Shown: positions 1 through 13,300 of the stretch, one piece after another
Layout of the letters: each line of letters opens with the position of its first letter
How positions within the stretch are numbered: the first letter of the stretch is position 1
Origin: Amphiscolops sp. MND2022
Taxonomy: Eukaryota
NCBI GenBank assembly: GCA_964187785.1
Contig: OZ076409.1
Coordinates: forward strand, 81,222,001 to 81,286,000
DNA: 64,000 nucleotides
Reading direction: 5' to 3'
Position numbers and translations under genes: made by a program
Notes under the pieces: model-generated
Told to the model about the DNA's origin: nothing
Database searches by the model: none
What the model saw: only the letters and a program-made list of their open reading frames with translations

Positions 1-950
1 AAGTTTGTTGATGACCCACGCCAACAACTAACAACTGGAAGAGTTCTGGGGTAGATTAAAAGAAGATTGCTTCAAAAATTCGTTCTTGGAAATAGTAGAG
101 TGCATTGGTGAAGTTTCACACCGGGCCGAATGGGCGGTTTCGATTCGGAGTTTTTGAGAAGAACTCAAATGTCGAAATGAAACGAAAACCATTTGAAATG
201 TCTGGTTTTTTGTTGGTACTCCTATGCTATTGCTACGAAAAGCTAAGTCTTGATGAATGGTTACATGGAACACACAAAGAAAAACAAAGCCTAATAGCCG
301 CTACGCTAAGCTTAGGTTGCTTGTAAGTTTTATTTGTGAAATAGGAATTGCAATCAGATGTTGCGCTAAGCAAATTCAAAAAAATTATAGGGTGAGAAGC
401 GGAGAATGTTGCTTTTCTCCACTTCCAGATGACGAGCTTGATGGGTTACCACCGAGATGGGTTACCACCGAGATGGGTTACTACTCAGAGGGGCATCCAC
501 TGAGGCGGGTGGCCACCGAGAAAGGGTTACCAATACCATTTTTTGTAAGAAGGAATACACGGAGGAGTTATACAAAACAGGATGTCAAAAACTGGGGACA
601 AATATTGATGTGTTAGGACACATGCTGTTTTTTTTAAGTTCGGGGAGAAATGTTTGTTGGGAAAGCTTTTTTTAATTTTTTTTTCAGGTTGGTAAAGATA
701 GCATCGTTTTAATAACAGGAGCGCCAATATGAATAAAACGGCTCATAACGTTCGATTCGTTAATTATCTGTTCAGTATTAAAGTCAAAACCCATGTGAAC
801 AAAGTCAACACAAGAAATCAAAATGTTTGGGAAAAAATAGTTTGTGAGTTCGAGTTAATGAGTCATTAACAACGTGCTAGAACCTAATGAATTGAATGGC
901 TTTTTCGAATAAAGCTGTGAAATATTTTAAATTATATTCTTCTAAACGTC

Positions 951-1858
951 TTTTTTAGTCGGCGCTTTTTGTTTAGCAAAAAATGAACGACTCATACAGT
1001 GACCCGTTTTTCTCCAGACCACAGACCTCACACTGAAAGGTCCACTTTCTTCAGAAACTACTAAAACTACTAAAGCCAAATCCGGCCAGCGGAAACTTAG
1101 TGCAAAAGGCCCGCCTTTCATTTTTCATTCTTTAACGTAACCTAAACCTGACGAGACTTAAGGGTCCCCCTTTCGATTTCTTTTGGCACTGTGCGACTTT
1201 TTTTCGAAAATTTTTAATCTCTCTAAAGGGTTTCCGCTTCGAGTTTTGTGATATTTTCCATCCAATTAATGTTAAAAAATCCGGAAGGGTCTCCTTTTGG
1301 AGTTTTCGGCACTATGACTGTTTCAAAATTCTCATTTTTGTCTGATATTTGGTTTTGTCAATATATATCCAATAATTTTTTTCGATACTACCCGAATTTA
1401 TTTTTGACGTTATGTCTGAACAATATTGCGTTTTATTAGGGAGGAGGCGGAGGTTCAAAAAAGGATCTCTTTCACTATATCCCCCCTATATCACTCGTTA
1501 CACTATGTCTCCCCTAGAGAAAAAGAATGCTTGTGGCTCATTTATATTGATCTCCTATTGGCTAATCTCTCACGATATTCCGTCAGTCAATTGATCTCAT
1601 CATAACTATCGACATTTTTCATTGGCTCTTATTATCAAAATCTTCACTCAGCCAATCAGAAGCGCTGTTAAATAAGAGCAGATCTGCGCTGTTAGAATGT
1701 GCAGTACATGTCTTTAATAGTGTTTCACTTTGTCCCCCCTTTTTGCTGTAGGGGGGACATAGTGAAAGAGATCCCAAAAAAGTTTTTCATGAAAACGTCC
1801 TCCGCATGTTTTAAAATGCCTTAGATATGGCGCCGACTTTAGACGTTACCGTAATGTT
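951..1858 (+). mobile_element. DINE-1/HINE-like (Helentron-associated) non-autonomous repeat, with a MITE nested at 1463-1774
   Basis: Starts tttttAGTCGGCGC and ends GCGCCGACTttagacgtt; internal gggtcccc/cggcactgtgcgac motifs are shared with many other copies. Confidence 0.55.
1463..1774. mobile_element. MITE with GGATCTCTTTCACTA TIRs
   Basis: Perfect terminal inverted repeat, flanked by a caaaaaa duplication; a second copy lies inverted at 21816-22139. Confidence 0.8.
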
Positions 1859-2229
1859 ACTCGAAACACAGGAAACCTTCATTAAAGTCACAGTTTTAGT
1901 TTTATAATTTACAGTTTTACAGTTTTATATCCGAACCTTTTAGTATGACCTTGGTAAACCCAATATCTTAGCTTACAACCTCATTAGTCAAATTTGTTGA
2001 ACATTTTTTCTGTCCGGATTGAAGATAATTAACATAATTTAGAACGTAATGGTTCACTTATCAACGCTGCTTAGACAGGTTTATGTTAATTGCCTGGAAT
2101 CTTCAATGTGTCAAAAACGCCTTAGTACCAACGTCGTCTGCTTTTGTTCAGTAATAAAAGCGGTAAAATCGTCCCCCAAACCAGTAAATGATGGCTAGAT
2201 TGCCCATATTTGTGGTCCGATCAACGTGC

Positions 2230-2676
2230 GGTGTCAGGACATTTCATCCTATGCAGTTTAAACCTATGCAAATTCAACCGTTGCCATTCCAACCGCTCAC
2301 AATTTCATCCTATTGCATTTTCAATCGTCCGCAATTGCGACCAAACTAATTTCGGCTATTAAGTCCTAATTCGGTTGAGCTATTATTTCAGTACAATATT
2401 TACTAATGAACCAAACAGCCTTAAATATTGGTAAATATTCATGAAGCCAAAACGTATCAACACTGTCGTAAAAATTAGCACATTTGAATTTAGAAATGTA
2501 TGAAAGTTAAAACCACCAAAATAATTATGTAACTAATTAGGATCCATTAGTCAAAATTAATTTAGGTCGAAATTGCGGTCGATTGAAAATGCAATAGGTT
2601 GAAATTGTGAGCGGTTAAAATGGCAACGGTTGAAATTGCATATGTTGAAAGTGTATGGGACGAAATGTCATGTAAC
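2230..2676. mobile_element. Mutator-type foldback MITE
   Basis: About 120-bp imperfect TIRs; 9-bp TSD tcaacgtgc at 2221-2229 and 2677-2685. Confidence 0.85.
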
Positions 2677-2870
2677 TCAACGTGCAGCCCCACTGGCTGA
2701 CAAGGCGATCGCCATCGGCCGTCATCACTTGGTTCAATCGATAAATTTTTCAGTCAGCACTTCTTGAACTTCTTTTTGAAACTGCTTGAATGTTCAACAA
2801 ATTTTTGAAAGTTTTGTATTCCATTCAAATTCATTATGATTTGATAAAGCTCTCAAGCCTGGAACTTCCT

Positions 2871-2917
2871 AGACCCTTCCAAGACCCTTCCAAGACCCTT
2901 CCAAGACCCTCAAGACC
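2871..2917. repeat. 11-bp tandem repeat (agacccttcca) x4
   Basis: Visible directly in the sequence. Confidence 0.8.
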
Positions 2918-5556
2918 TGTAAAGTAGTCATTTACTGTGTTTTCATCACTACGCGTAACGCCAAATCACACATTGTTAACGAAAATAGAGAAATGAACAG
3001 GCCGGCCAAAAACAAACCAGCTGTTGAGCAGATTGTGATTAGCTATTGATTAAAACTTTGTTTTTTGTGTTGCTCATTGGTATTGAAGCTCAGGAAGCCG
3101 TTCCAATTTTGAAAGCAGTTGAGACCTTCATCACGTTTACTGCATTTTAATTTAAATGCAAATAGACTTCAGTCACATTATAAGTTCTAATGTAGCGTCA
3201 TATTCAGCGTGCTATTTGACTAATGGTGATTATATAAGGTACTTACTTGAGAAACTTACACGCGAAAACAAAGTGATAGCGGCGGTGAAGAAGTGGAATT
3301 GTTTTCAGTTTTAATTCAAATAGTGGAGACTGCAAAATGTTTCCATGCAGGCTCCCGGAATTTTTGAATGTTTAAAAAATTAGCCTGCATGTTTCCATGC
3401 AGCATGTAAAATGTTCAAGCAATCTCGACTAAAGTGTTTCGCCTGCTACTTGGGTTGAATAGAGCCCTTGCTTCTCTCGGGCATTTTTGCCTGCTGCTGG
3501 TATTGAAACTTCTACTGGCTGCCTTATCTTGAATTCAATTGTGTTTTTATTCCATTGAATTGAAGTTTTCAGCGGACTCAGTTTTGATTAATCAAATAAT
3601 TCGAGTTTTCCTAATTGCATGAAGATAACTGTTGTTTTTTGGCTTTTCTGCTCAGTCACTTATCAGCTTCGCCGCCTTTTTGATGCAAATCATTTTCAGT
3701 CTCGTAAGTTCTAAAGTAGCATCAAAATCAGCGTGCGTGTCGACTAACGGTGAATGCCTAGGTTGAATACTGCAGAAAACTGAAGTGTAATAACTAAATG
3801 AAATAATTTGTTGAAATACATTATACTATTGGAATAAGATCTAAAACAGGGATCTACTAGATCGATCAGCATCATATGATGTACGATATCGTACATCTGG
3901 AAAACAACATTAATAACTCACGAAATTAACTAGTATGGATACTTTTAGCTTTTTTACCACTTTCATGAAGTTTTTGGTGTTTGAATATTCCATAGATAGG
4001 TTAACCTTGCTTCCACGGTGGATGTCCGCATCTCTGCCAATCGCTCGGTTGGGACGTTCTGGAAGGGATGGCAAAACACTGGGTGTCTATGGGTATTCCG
4101 TCAAAATCTTTTTGCATTTTCAGCGTTCTCTCGGTTGGGGGTAGCAGGGTGTGTGTTGTCTTCCTTTAGCGTCTTCTTGACTGATTTTCAGGTACATGCT
4201 AGGTAGAGCATGTTTTACTTCGAATTTTTCAAAAGTCCGAACAGGTCAACCAGGCTGGGTGGTGGACGGTACACAAAAATTAGAAAGGTATTTTGATACA
4301 CCGAGAACTGCGACTAAAAAGAGCCTCCTTAGAAAACTAATGAATTTGAAGTTATACAAGAAAACAGGTATCGAGGATTAGGACCACAAGGGAAAGATGC
4401 AGCTTCACATGCTGAGACCGATCATAGGAGAGACCACAAATGAATAGAAGAAACAAAACGTCTGAAAAAGCCTCACGAATTCACGCCGCGAAGTAACCAA
4501 AAGATACCAATTTTCTTTTTTTACTCCGTAAAAAGTGGTTCGAGGGAATTACAACATACAACTGATTTTCGGCTGTTGATTTTTTAGTCAACCAAAAAAG
4601 AAAGTAAGGACAAAAATCAAAAAAGTTGTCGCGGTTAAAAATTTGACTTGTAGAGATGTATTCACCTGCACCAACGGTTTTTAAGATGTTAAAAATGGGA
4701 GACCGGTTAATTATGCATAAACTGAAGCTGAAAAACAACTGACCCTAAACAAACTCCGCATTGCAAAAAGTGCAGTTTTTATCACAAAAAGCGCCCGCTC
4801 AAAATGCGAACAAGTCGCCTGAAATGGCTGATAGAAGACTAACTAACTAGAAGATGGATGGAATTAGAGCACTAACAGAAGGTCAAAAGGCACCTAGACG
4901 TTTTGCAGAATAACTACGCAAACAGTCTCAAAGTTTTCAAAATTAGGGAAAATTAATGTGAAAATCTGACGATGATGAAGAAGAGCAAAAGAAGACATCG
5001 ATACAGATTGCAGTCCTTTTGCGAAGACGAGAACCTTGTAACAAGGAATAAAATCAAGAAAAATACGAAAATAAGGAAATTGGACCAACCTTGACGAATA
5101 AGATGCGAACCGGATTTCTATGGAGAACTCTAAACAGAAGTGTTATAATTCAACTACGCCAAAACAAAGGGGCAGCAAAGAGTAAAACCGAATGAAAACT
5201 CCGAAAGCAAAAACTGATTTGGCATTTTTAGAACCAACTTTACAATGATCTACATTATTCTACAATTTAACAATATTTTACAAGTATCAGCTGTCTACAT
5301 TATTACATTAGTGTTGAGCCTAGAATTAAAACGAGCAGCTTCGAATCAATTTTTTTAAATTACATTGATTGTACCACCAAAAATCTGTTTAGTTCTAAAA
5401 CAACAAAGTGTAATGGAACCAGCATTTTACTCAATGTGCATAAAAAGATTTCAAAAGTCCATTTAGAGTTGATTCGTCATATATTTCAACACAATGGTAG
5501 ACAGTACCAGTCTGAGTTCATAGTCGGCAACTTTAACCAAGTCGACATTTCACTAG

Positions 5557-6015
5557 CATAGCGACAACTCATTTCAAGCGACAGCTCATATCAATTTCAA
5601 AAAGCCATAACTCATATCAATTAAGAAAAAGTGACAACCAATTTCAGGTTTGCCAATAGGTTAAAAAATACCTCAAAAGGAAAATATAATTAGCTGCAAT
5701 TAGAAATTCCATAATTTATTTGGACTTTTTTCGCATTCTACGCGCTCTGCTCACGATTATTTTTTCTGCAACCCTTATGGATAAAGTTGTAATAACACTG
5801 ATACGCAAAGATAATCCATTACACTGGTATACACCATGAAATCTTACTATTTTATAATTTCTGATAATTACTCATCAGTTAACTAATTTTCCCTAATGAT
5901 TTAATGAATTATCTGGAATTGATTTTTCTATGTAGATTTTATTTTTCTGATATGAGTTTTGATTGATATGCGGTATCGTCTGATATGGCTCTTGATATGA
6001 GTTGTCGCCGAACGT
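5557..6015. mobile_element. Mutator-type MITE
   Basis: Inverted ends gcgacaactcat / atgagttgtcgc; 9-bp TSD atttcac(t/c)a with one mismatch. Confidence 0.7.
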
Positions 6016-6032
6016 ATTTCACCATATGGCCT

Positions 6033-6982
6033 CCCGGGTTGACCCTCTTACTAGCATTTTGGCTGTCTTGGCAAGATCTTGCCAAATTCTTACTACATCT
6101 TGGCAACCATCGATCCCATGGCAAGATTCTTATTGAGATCTTACTAAGATAATACAATATTCCAAGATCGTAACTTATCACGATGTACGAAATTCTAAGA
6201 TTATAAAGAACACTATACCTTCAGTACAAGCAGCCGAGACTCAATCTAAAGACTAATTTCACCCAACAACGACTTTTTCTACTCGTTTTCATAATCATAA
6301 CCGCTGAAATAAATTTGCAAGCAAAATGTGCGAAAAATTACGAAAACGTATTCTGGCTTCCGAAATTCTGACGAGAATGCTAATAACTCCTCACCTGTTT
6401 AAGGCTGAGAAATGCGAATGTACCAATTGGAAGCTCATTTCAGGGACTTTTGAAAACTTGTAACTTATCACTCCTGTCAATTCCAGAGACGGAGAAAAAT
6501 GCTCTTAAACGTCCAGAGACACTATGCGAAAGTTACACAGGGAGTTGTTAGAAATCCGGAATTTTTAATAACTTGATATTTCCATTTTTCTTTGAGTTTT
6601 TTTCAGCAGCCTAATTACTGCTGAAATAGCGGTCGTTGCCCGGTTCGGGTAGTGATTCAGCTCGAGGCGTTTCTGACGCAGTTGCTGGCGACTGTTTTCA
6701 ATTTATAGAACATTTTAATTAGTCTAAATAAACAGCATCATTAATCTTCAATCAAATTTTATACCTTGGTAACAGAAAATTGACATGTCTAGAAATGTGA
6801 ATCTGCATAGATGTTGATTTTTGTTGATTTCCTTTCAGATTTTTTCTAGCCGAATAGGATTTTACAAGACAATTTTTCTTGGGACCATGACCCTTTTGAT
6901 AAGATCATACCATGGCAAAAAGAATACCATGGTAAGATCCTGACAAGATCTTACTAAGATATCCATGGAGGGTCAACCCGGG
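6033..6982. mobile_element. non-autonomous DNA transposon with CCCGGG termini (EnSpm/CACTA-like)
   Basis: 15-bp TIR cccgggttgaccctc; 2-bp TSD ct; subterminal caagatcttg repeats. Confidence 0.7.
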
Positions 6983-7186
6983 CTACTACAACAAACAACA
7001 AAGCTTTCGAATACATTTTTCTCAACCGTCCCTCGTTCAATTTAATTGTTTTTGATTCATTTAAGCACAGCAAAGCTGCAACAATTGTTTCAGAGATTTT
7101 TTAAGAATTCTTCTATCAACTCAAATGAAGAACGTATATTATGTTTCACCATGAGAATGCTGATTTTCGACATTCGGTGATTTTAG

Positions 7187-7384
7187 GTGAGTTTGAAGCC
7201 TCTGCAAAATCGGACTGAGATCTGTGAAGAACATCTGCTGCATTACATGTTGTTCAAGTTTCCTCAGATTCTAGCTTTACACAGACAGCTGTTAGAACGA
7301 ATAGAAACCCTGAACAGCGAGTTAGAAAACAGCTCTTCTGAGAAACCCGAAACAACCACCATTGGGAGAGTGCTTTTAGACTTC
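7187..7384 (+). CDS. ARHGEF17: RhoGEF exon, DH domain
   Basis: ttttag|GTG...TTC|gttagt; VSLKPLQNRTEICEEHLLHYMLFKFPQILALHRQLLERIE...IGRVLLDF. Confidence 0.85.
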
Positions 7385-10300
7385 GTTAGTGTCTTTTTCG
7401 TCTACCGCATTTTCTTGGAACTTGCTCACGAAACAGGTTTTTACTGTACAGGTGAATTATTTCTAAGGGCGCTGACCAGAGAACTGCTGTCAACATAAAA
7501 CGGTGAATTGGATTATAGTCGAACAGGATTGGAGACAAATATAATTGTATAGCAGAATAAGATTGAATTGTCAATTAATTGTAATTGGCCACCTGAGAAA
7601 CTTCAACTTCGTCATGTATAGGAAAAACAATTTCCGGCATTGGAACCCCTAACTGATAATATTTTTGGAACACTCCAATTTTGCTCATCTCTGAAACTAA
7701 TGATAATCAAGAGAAATACCTGTTTTTTTTAAAAAAAATTTCTTCAAACTTAATCAAATTTACATTCGTGTTTGCTTGAAACTTCTATGACAAATATTGC
7801 GGAAATTAGTTTCTAATACCTCTCTATAAATTATTCATTTTGCAATCCAAGTTGTTGATTTTCACCTAATTTAGAAACACTTTTGATTAGGTTTTCATTT
7901 ATCTTCTGATTCATCGCTGTTCACTGATTGCAGTGTTAATCCTTGAACATAATATTTTCACGTCCGAAGAAAACTGACAATCGCCACCAAAATAGTTCCG
8001 GTACATGAATTAAGATTTAGTTTCGATTTAGGACAACAAATTTGCGATTGTCGTTTTACATGTTCACTTTAGGGAGCTTATAATTTTCGAGTGTAACTAA
8101 GGACTTTACTCTTAACTTAGACTCTGCAACTGGATTTCCGATACTTTACATGTAGTTATCATCACTTGCAAATACTGGTGGTAAGATTTCTAAACTTAGA
8201 GGAACGTAAACTAGATAGAAATCCGAGAAAACTTTGTATTTTTCATCTTTTGGCAGTTTTGACAGTTTTTGAGAAATTCGCAAAATCATGAGGCATTCAA
8301 AAATTAATACCAAACAGGGGTTCTCCATTAATTTATCACAGGTTTGTAGAACACCTCGAAGTCAAATGCGAACATAAATAACGCAATGAAATTGTAACTC
8401 TCATTGTGTAACTAGAATCAAACTGTTCAAATTGGAACAAAATGTAAGGCAATTGGATTCAAGATCCGCATAGTTTTTTTAAGCTATTGTGGTCTGTCCA
8501 CTCATGTGAATGTCGTTTGAATCATTTTTAAAACCCCTTTCTGAACAATTCGGAGAGAAAACCGGCGGAGTTTTGAACTAGATGTGATTTTTCCCGAATT
8601 TTTTAAATTAAAAACTAGTTCTCAAGTTCGCTGATATCAAGTTAAACCCGTTCCAAAGTAGGAAGTTTACTGTTTTGGGTTCTGGTCTGAAAGATTTCAT
8701 TTTACTATTTCAGTTTTCGAGGACAGAGTTGAGACAAGTTTACTCCGAATTCATCTGTAAATTCAGTCGGACGATGGAAGCCAAATCAATTTGCATGGGG
8801 AAAACTTGTTTCCAAAAATACATCGAGGTTAGACTATACCACCAACATGCACTACTTGAGACAGTTTAGCCATTAATAGTCTTAATAACTAGTAATAACC
8901 CAATATCCCGATTATAATTCAGCAACTGTCCTCATATTTCCTCTCAAACAAATTTAATCGACGGAATCAAATTTTCTGACATCTCTAGACAACAGGAAAT
9001 GTTTTTTAACGTCACGGAAATTTTCAACGTACTTTTTTGTACCGTAATCAACTTTTCGTTAACTAAATTGCATTCTTGTCAATTTCATTTAGTTTTGACA
9101 GCATTCGTTTTTCTGAAACGTGGATTTCCAATGAATAAGACCGTTCACATAATTCTACAAGCTCCTTCATACATTGAAAAAAATGTGAGACAAACTGTTT
9201 GGGTAGAAAAACGTCTTCAAATAATTTCGCGAATTTTCAGTCAAAATCTTCATTGATACAAAATCCTAAATGGACAATTGTGACCAATTCGTATCAATCA
9301 GTTCCTGCAACCGTCTGGAGGCACTAGCTGAACGTATGGAAAGACAACTCCTGAATACGATTTTTAGACAATGTTACATAGCATTGCACGCATTTTCACA
9401 AACTGTTTGATTGCTGTCTCTGGGAATAAGAAACCGGGTCCAAAAAATCGAAAAAATTGAATGCAGATCTTTGCCCCCAACCCAGTAGTTCAGAAATCAA
9501 CTTGAAAGCCCTGTTTGTCTTCTTCCGAACGCGCTATAAATTGTTTATGGGACTTGAATAGTTTGAGGACATTGTGGTTTAAAGTTTATGTAGCAGATTT
9601 TAAAATGGCTTCGGAAATGTGCCCGTCCATTAACGGTTAAGCATCCACAGCAATCAGTCACCCGCAGTGCGTGTTGACTTGTGATGAATAACCATTATCA
9701 GAAAAATAAAATCTTCTCCACACTCTATATTTGGTTGAAATGGCTTAACCAGAGATAGCGATATAAACAAGCCGGGAACGGCCAAAAGTCGACGCTATAC
9801 CTCATGCTCAGAAAGCGCAAACTTTTACAAAATATGCTCAGAACGTTTTTCTAAAAAACTTATAAAAAGGTTTCGAAACTTCCAAAGAGTGCCTTTAGTG
9901 CCAAAGTTCGCATATAGCGCGCTGAGACAAATGCGAACGCTTTTTTCAATCCTACGACTACTCCTCAGTAAAACTCAAATTACTTCGGATATAACGTCTA
10001 ATGCGCGGATATAGCGTGCTGAGCCAAATGGAAGCGGTTGTCTTCAAACATTGGCCTCCTTAGTAAAACGCAATCTAGTTTGGAGATAACGCCAAAAATT
10101 CGGATATACCGCAATATTTTTGAGCCTCCACCTCCAAAATTCAGATAGAAGGCACACCCTCTGGAGACATAGAAAAATTTTCGACGAGTGGTGCATGGTC
10201 TTTTCTGTCCTTTTTAGATGTTGTACTGCTTTTGTTCACTTTTTTTGATAAACATATATGCATCTGGATAAATAAATTTTTCTTTTCATCAAGAATTGGA

Positions 10301-13300
10301 AACGAATGTTCAAATTTGAAAAAATGAACAGTTTGCTCTAGAGCATTTGATGCCTATTCACAAAACGAATGATGGTAGCACATCGTATAAAACGTAAATG
10401 CATCTATTTTTCTTTCCAAAATCCATGTCAAAATACAGAGCAAGTAATCGTTTCAAAAGAAAACTTGTTGAGACTTCATTTTCAAAAGTTGGTATTTTTT
10501 TGGAGAAACGAATTTTTCAACAATCGACTTAAAGGAGCGGGAAAACTGAAAAGTTATTTCAACTCATTGCTTCGAAGTTATTCATCCACCGATAGTCCGA
10601 AAAAAATCAAATTTCAGCTTGTTCTGAAATATATTATTAGCTCTGAACTAAACTATTATATAACACATGCAAACTCAGGTTAAATTTTATTCATAACGAA
10701 ATTTAGGTTCAAACTTTAGGACCAGGATTTTGTTCACTGGCCCTCTTTTCAATTTTTCTTCAACGCGTTTTCAGTGCCTTGGGTTTTTGCGCCCGTGTGT
10801 GTTATGTTTACTTAATTTTAGGTGTGCCAAAGACAGCATCAAGTGAAACTATCCCTTGACGACTTGATGATCAAACCTGTTCAAAGAATCCCCCGCTACC
10901 TTCTGCTAATAAAGGTACTTTTCCACTCCGTGCTTTCTTCTTTCCTCTATTTCGTTCTAGTAACTAGAAACCTAGGATTAAAAGTTATAAGGAAAAACCC
11001 ATTTTGAATTTAACGAATCTTTGCGTCATTCATAATTGAATTCTCCTCAGATTTCAACCCAAAGCGGATAAAAACAGCGTACGGAGGAAAATTTGCACAA
11101 AAAATAGACACAGGCAGATTAGTTAGTTATTTTTCTGAAAACTATGGCGATTTTTTTTCTATCTGAATTATCTATAGTTGCAATGATTTTTAGAAATAAG
11201 AGCCACAATTTACTTGTCTAATGTCAATGTAAACGTTCAGAGCATGAAAAACGCAAAATTGAAACCATTTCGTTTTAATTAGAATTATTCATGAGGTTCT
11301 TTGGATTTGCAACTGTACTTCATCCGTAATCAAATAAATTGATGAATGCTCGTAATACTGGTGATGATAAAACGCCGTTTTGTCTTGTGACAATAGATGT
11401 GTTGTTATTTATGAAATGCGAGTACGAATTTGTATTTCGACTTTTTTCCATCCATTAAATTTATTAAAATCAGTCAAAAATGAAATCAATGAAACCAACA
11501 ATTTACTAGCAAAATAGAAGTTTAGAATTTGTGCTAATGTCAAATTGGACGTTGTTGTATACCGGTGTTAACAATTTAGCTTAAATAACTCAGTGTATTG
11601 TTTTTCCGTAATTTTTTTGCAAGTTTATCACACATATTTCAGATGGAAATGTACGTGATGTATAAGTCATGATTTACATCATGTACAGCACCTCAAAAAT
11701 TCAGGGAATCAGGAAGTGGACCTCAACCAATCACAGCGACAACAATGCGTGAGCCCCTGAAACAGCAGATGACAAGCGACAAAAGACTGCGACCTAACAT
11801 ACAGTACACACCTAAACTATGCTTCGTTCAACCGTTGCTAAATCTCTTCTGAATAATTGTAACTTTTCGCTCAACTAATCAACTTTCATAAATTTATGAT
11901 TCCTTCAATAAAATCTACTATCAACTTTTTTTAAACCCAAAACCATGAATCAAACCTTTTTAGGTTTGCATTTCTTCGAAAAAAAGATGAATCTATTTAC
12001 CCTCAGAGAGCCGCTTTCTTAAACTGTCGAATGTGACTCTACAACTTACCGAATGCTTTTATAATAATGGAAAAATAAGTGCTGTCACTCCGAAAAAGAA
12101 TCACTTTTTGCAAAACTCAAATCAATTGTCATAAACACTAATACGAATAAAATAGTACGCTGTACTCTCCGAACTTTTCTCATTTAAACGACACAGTTGC
12201 AATTATCGAACCACATTGTTAGATGTCTTCAGCCCATTACCACTCAATTTTTGCCCAACTAATTTAAACAGATCATCAATTCTTGAATCCAAGACTATGA
12301 AAGTAAAGTCAAGCCTTCCTCTGACGAACTATGGTTCTCCACGCCAGAGAAATGGCCAAACCCCGAGACTTCAACAGGCATTGAAGAACGGATTTATGAT
12401 GAAAGTTCCAAAGTGAAAGCTGACGAAAAACTTGATCCGATCAAAAATGCCGAAAACAGAGAGAAGTTTTCACAACAGTTTCCATCGAAAACTTCTGTTT
12501 TTTAAGAAGAACAAAAGTGTATTCTCGAAAAACTTCTTCAATACCATCACATTTTTGCGAGACACTGACTTGACATTGGTGAAAACGATGATTTCAAAGC
12601 AAAACTAACCCCTGAGAACGATAAACCAATATACACTCAAGGACTTTTGACTCCGATCCATTATCGTGATGAAGTCCTTGCAGATTTCTTTTTTTGCAAT
12701 ATTGGAGAATAATAACAACGATAACCTATTCGAAGTACTCCAGTAAATTTTTTGATGTAGGAAAACCATCAGATAAACTACGTCCACTAGTTGATTTGCG
12801 AAGTATCAACCACTTGATCCACCATTATATTGATTCTACGATAATCCTAACTTTCCAATTGCAACATTAGCTAATGTTAGTTCAGTTCTTGCTGGAAAGA
12901 CTTTTTTGCGAAGCTCGACTGTAGTCAAACTTACCACGTGTCACAAATGGCCAATCATTTGTCAGTTCTGTTGATGTCATTCAGTTTTCTGTCACGCAAG
13001 TTCTCATACTCACGTTATGCACAAGGTTTAGGCTGCTCCGTTAGTGCCTTCAGCTCCTTTGTGCATAACTTCCTGTACTCATGTTTTGTTGCAAACCAAT
13101 GTTTTTGATACGTGGATCACTTAGGCACAACCGTTACCATTTTCAGCTATTTTGTTAACATTTTGACAGCCATTTTTGTCTGCATAGAAAAGGCAGGTTC
13201 AAAATTGGTAGATTTGAACTTTTTCTCAGAGACATGTTTTCCATAGGCAAGTTCTTTACCATTGAAGGTATGAAACGCGTCAAAAAGATTGTGAATTTTT

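Noticed and set aside
4180..5310. purine-rich, possibly retroelement-derived tract
   Set aside because: No recognisable domain or termini.
5330..5550. possible LINE endonuclease remnant (IVGNFN, cf. GDFN)
   Set aside because: Only a single short motif.
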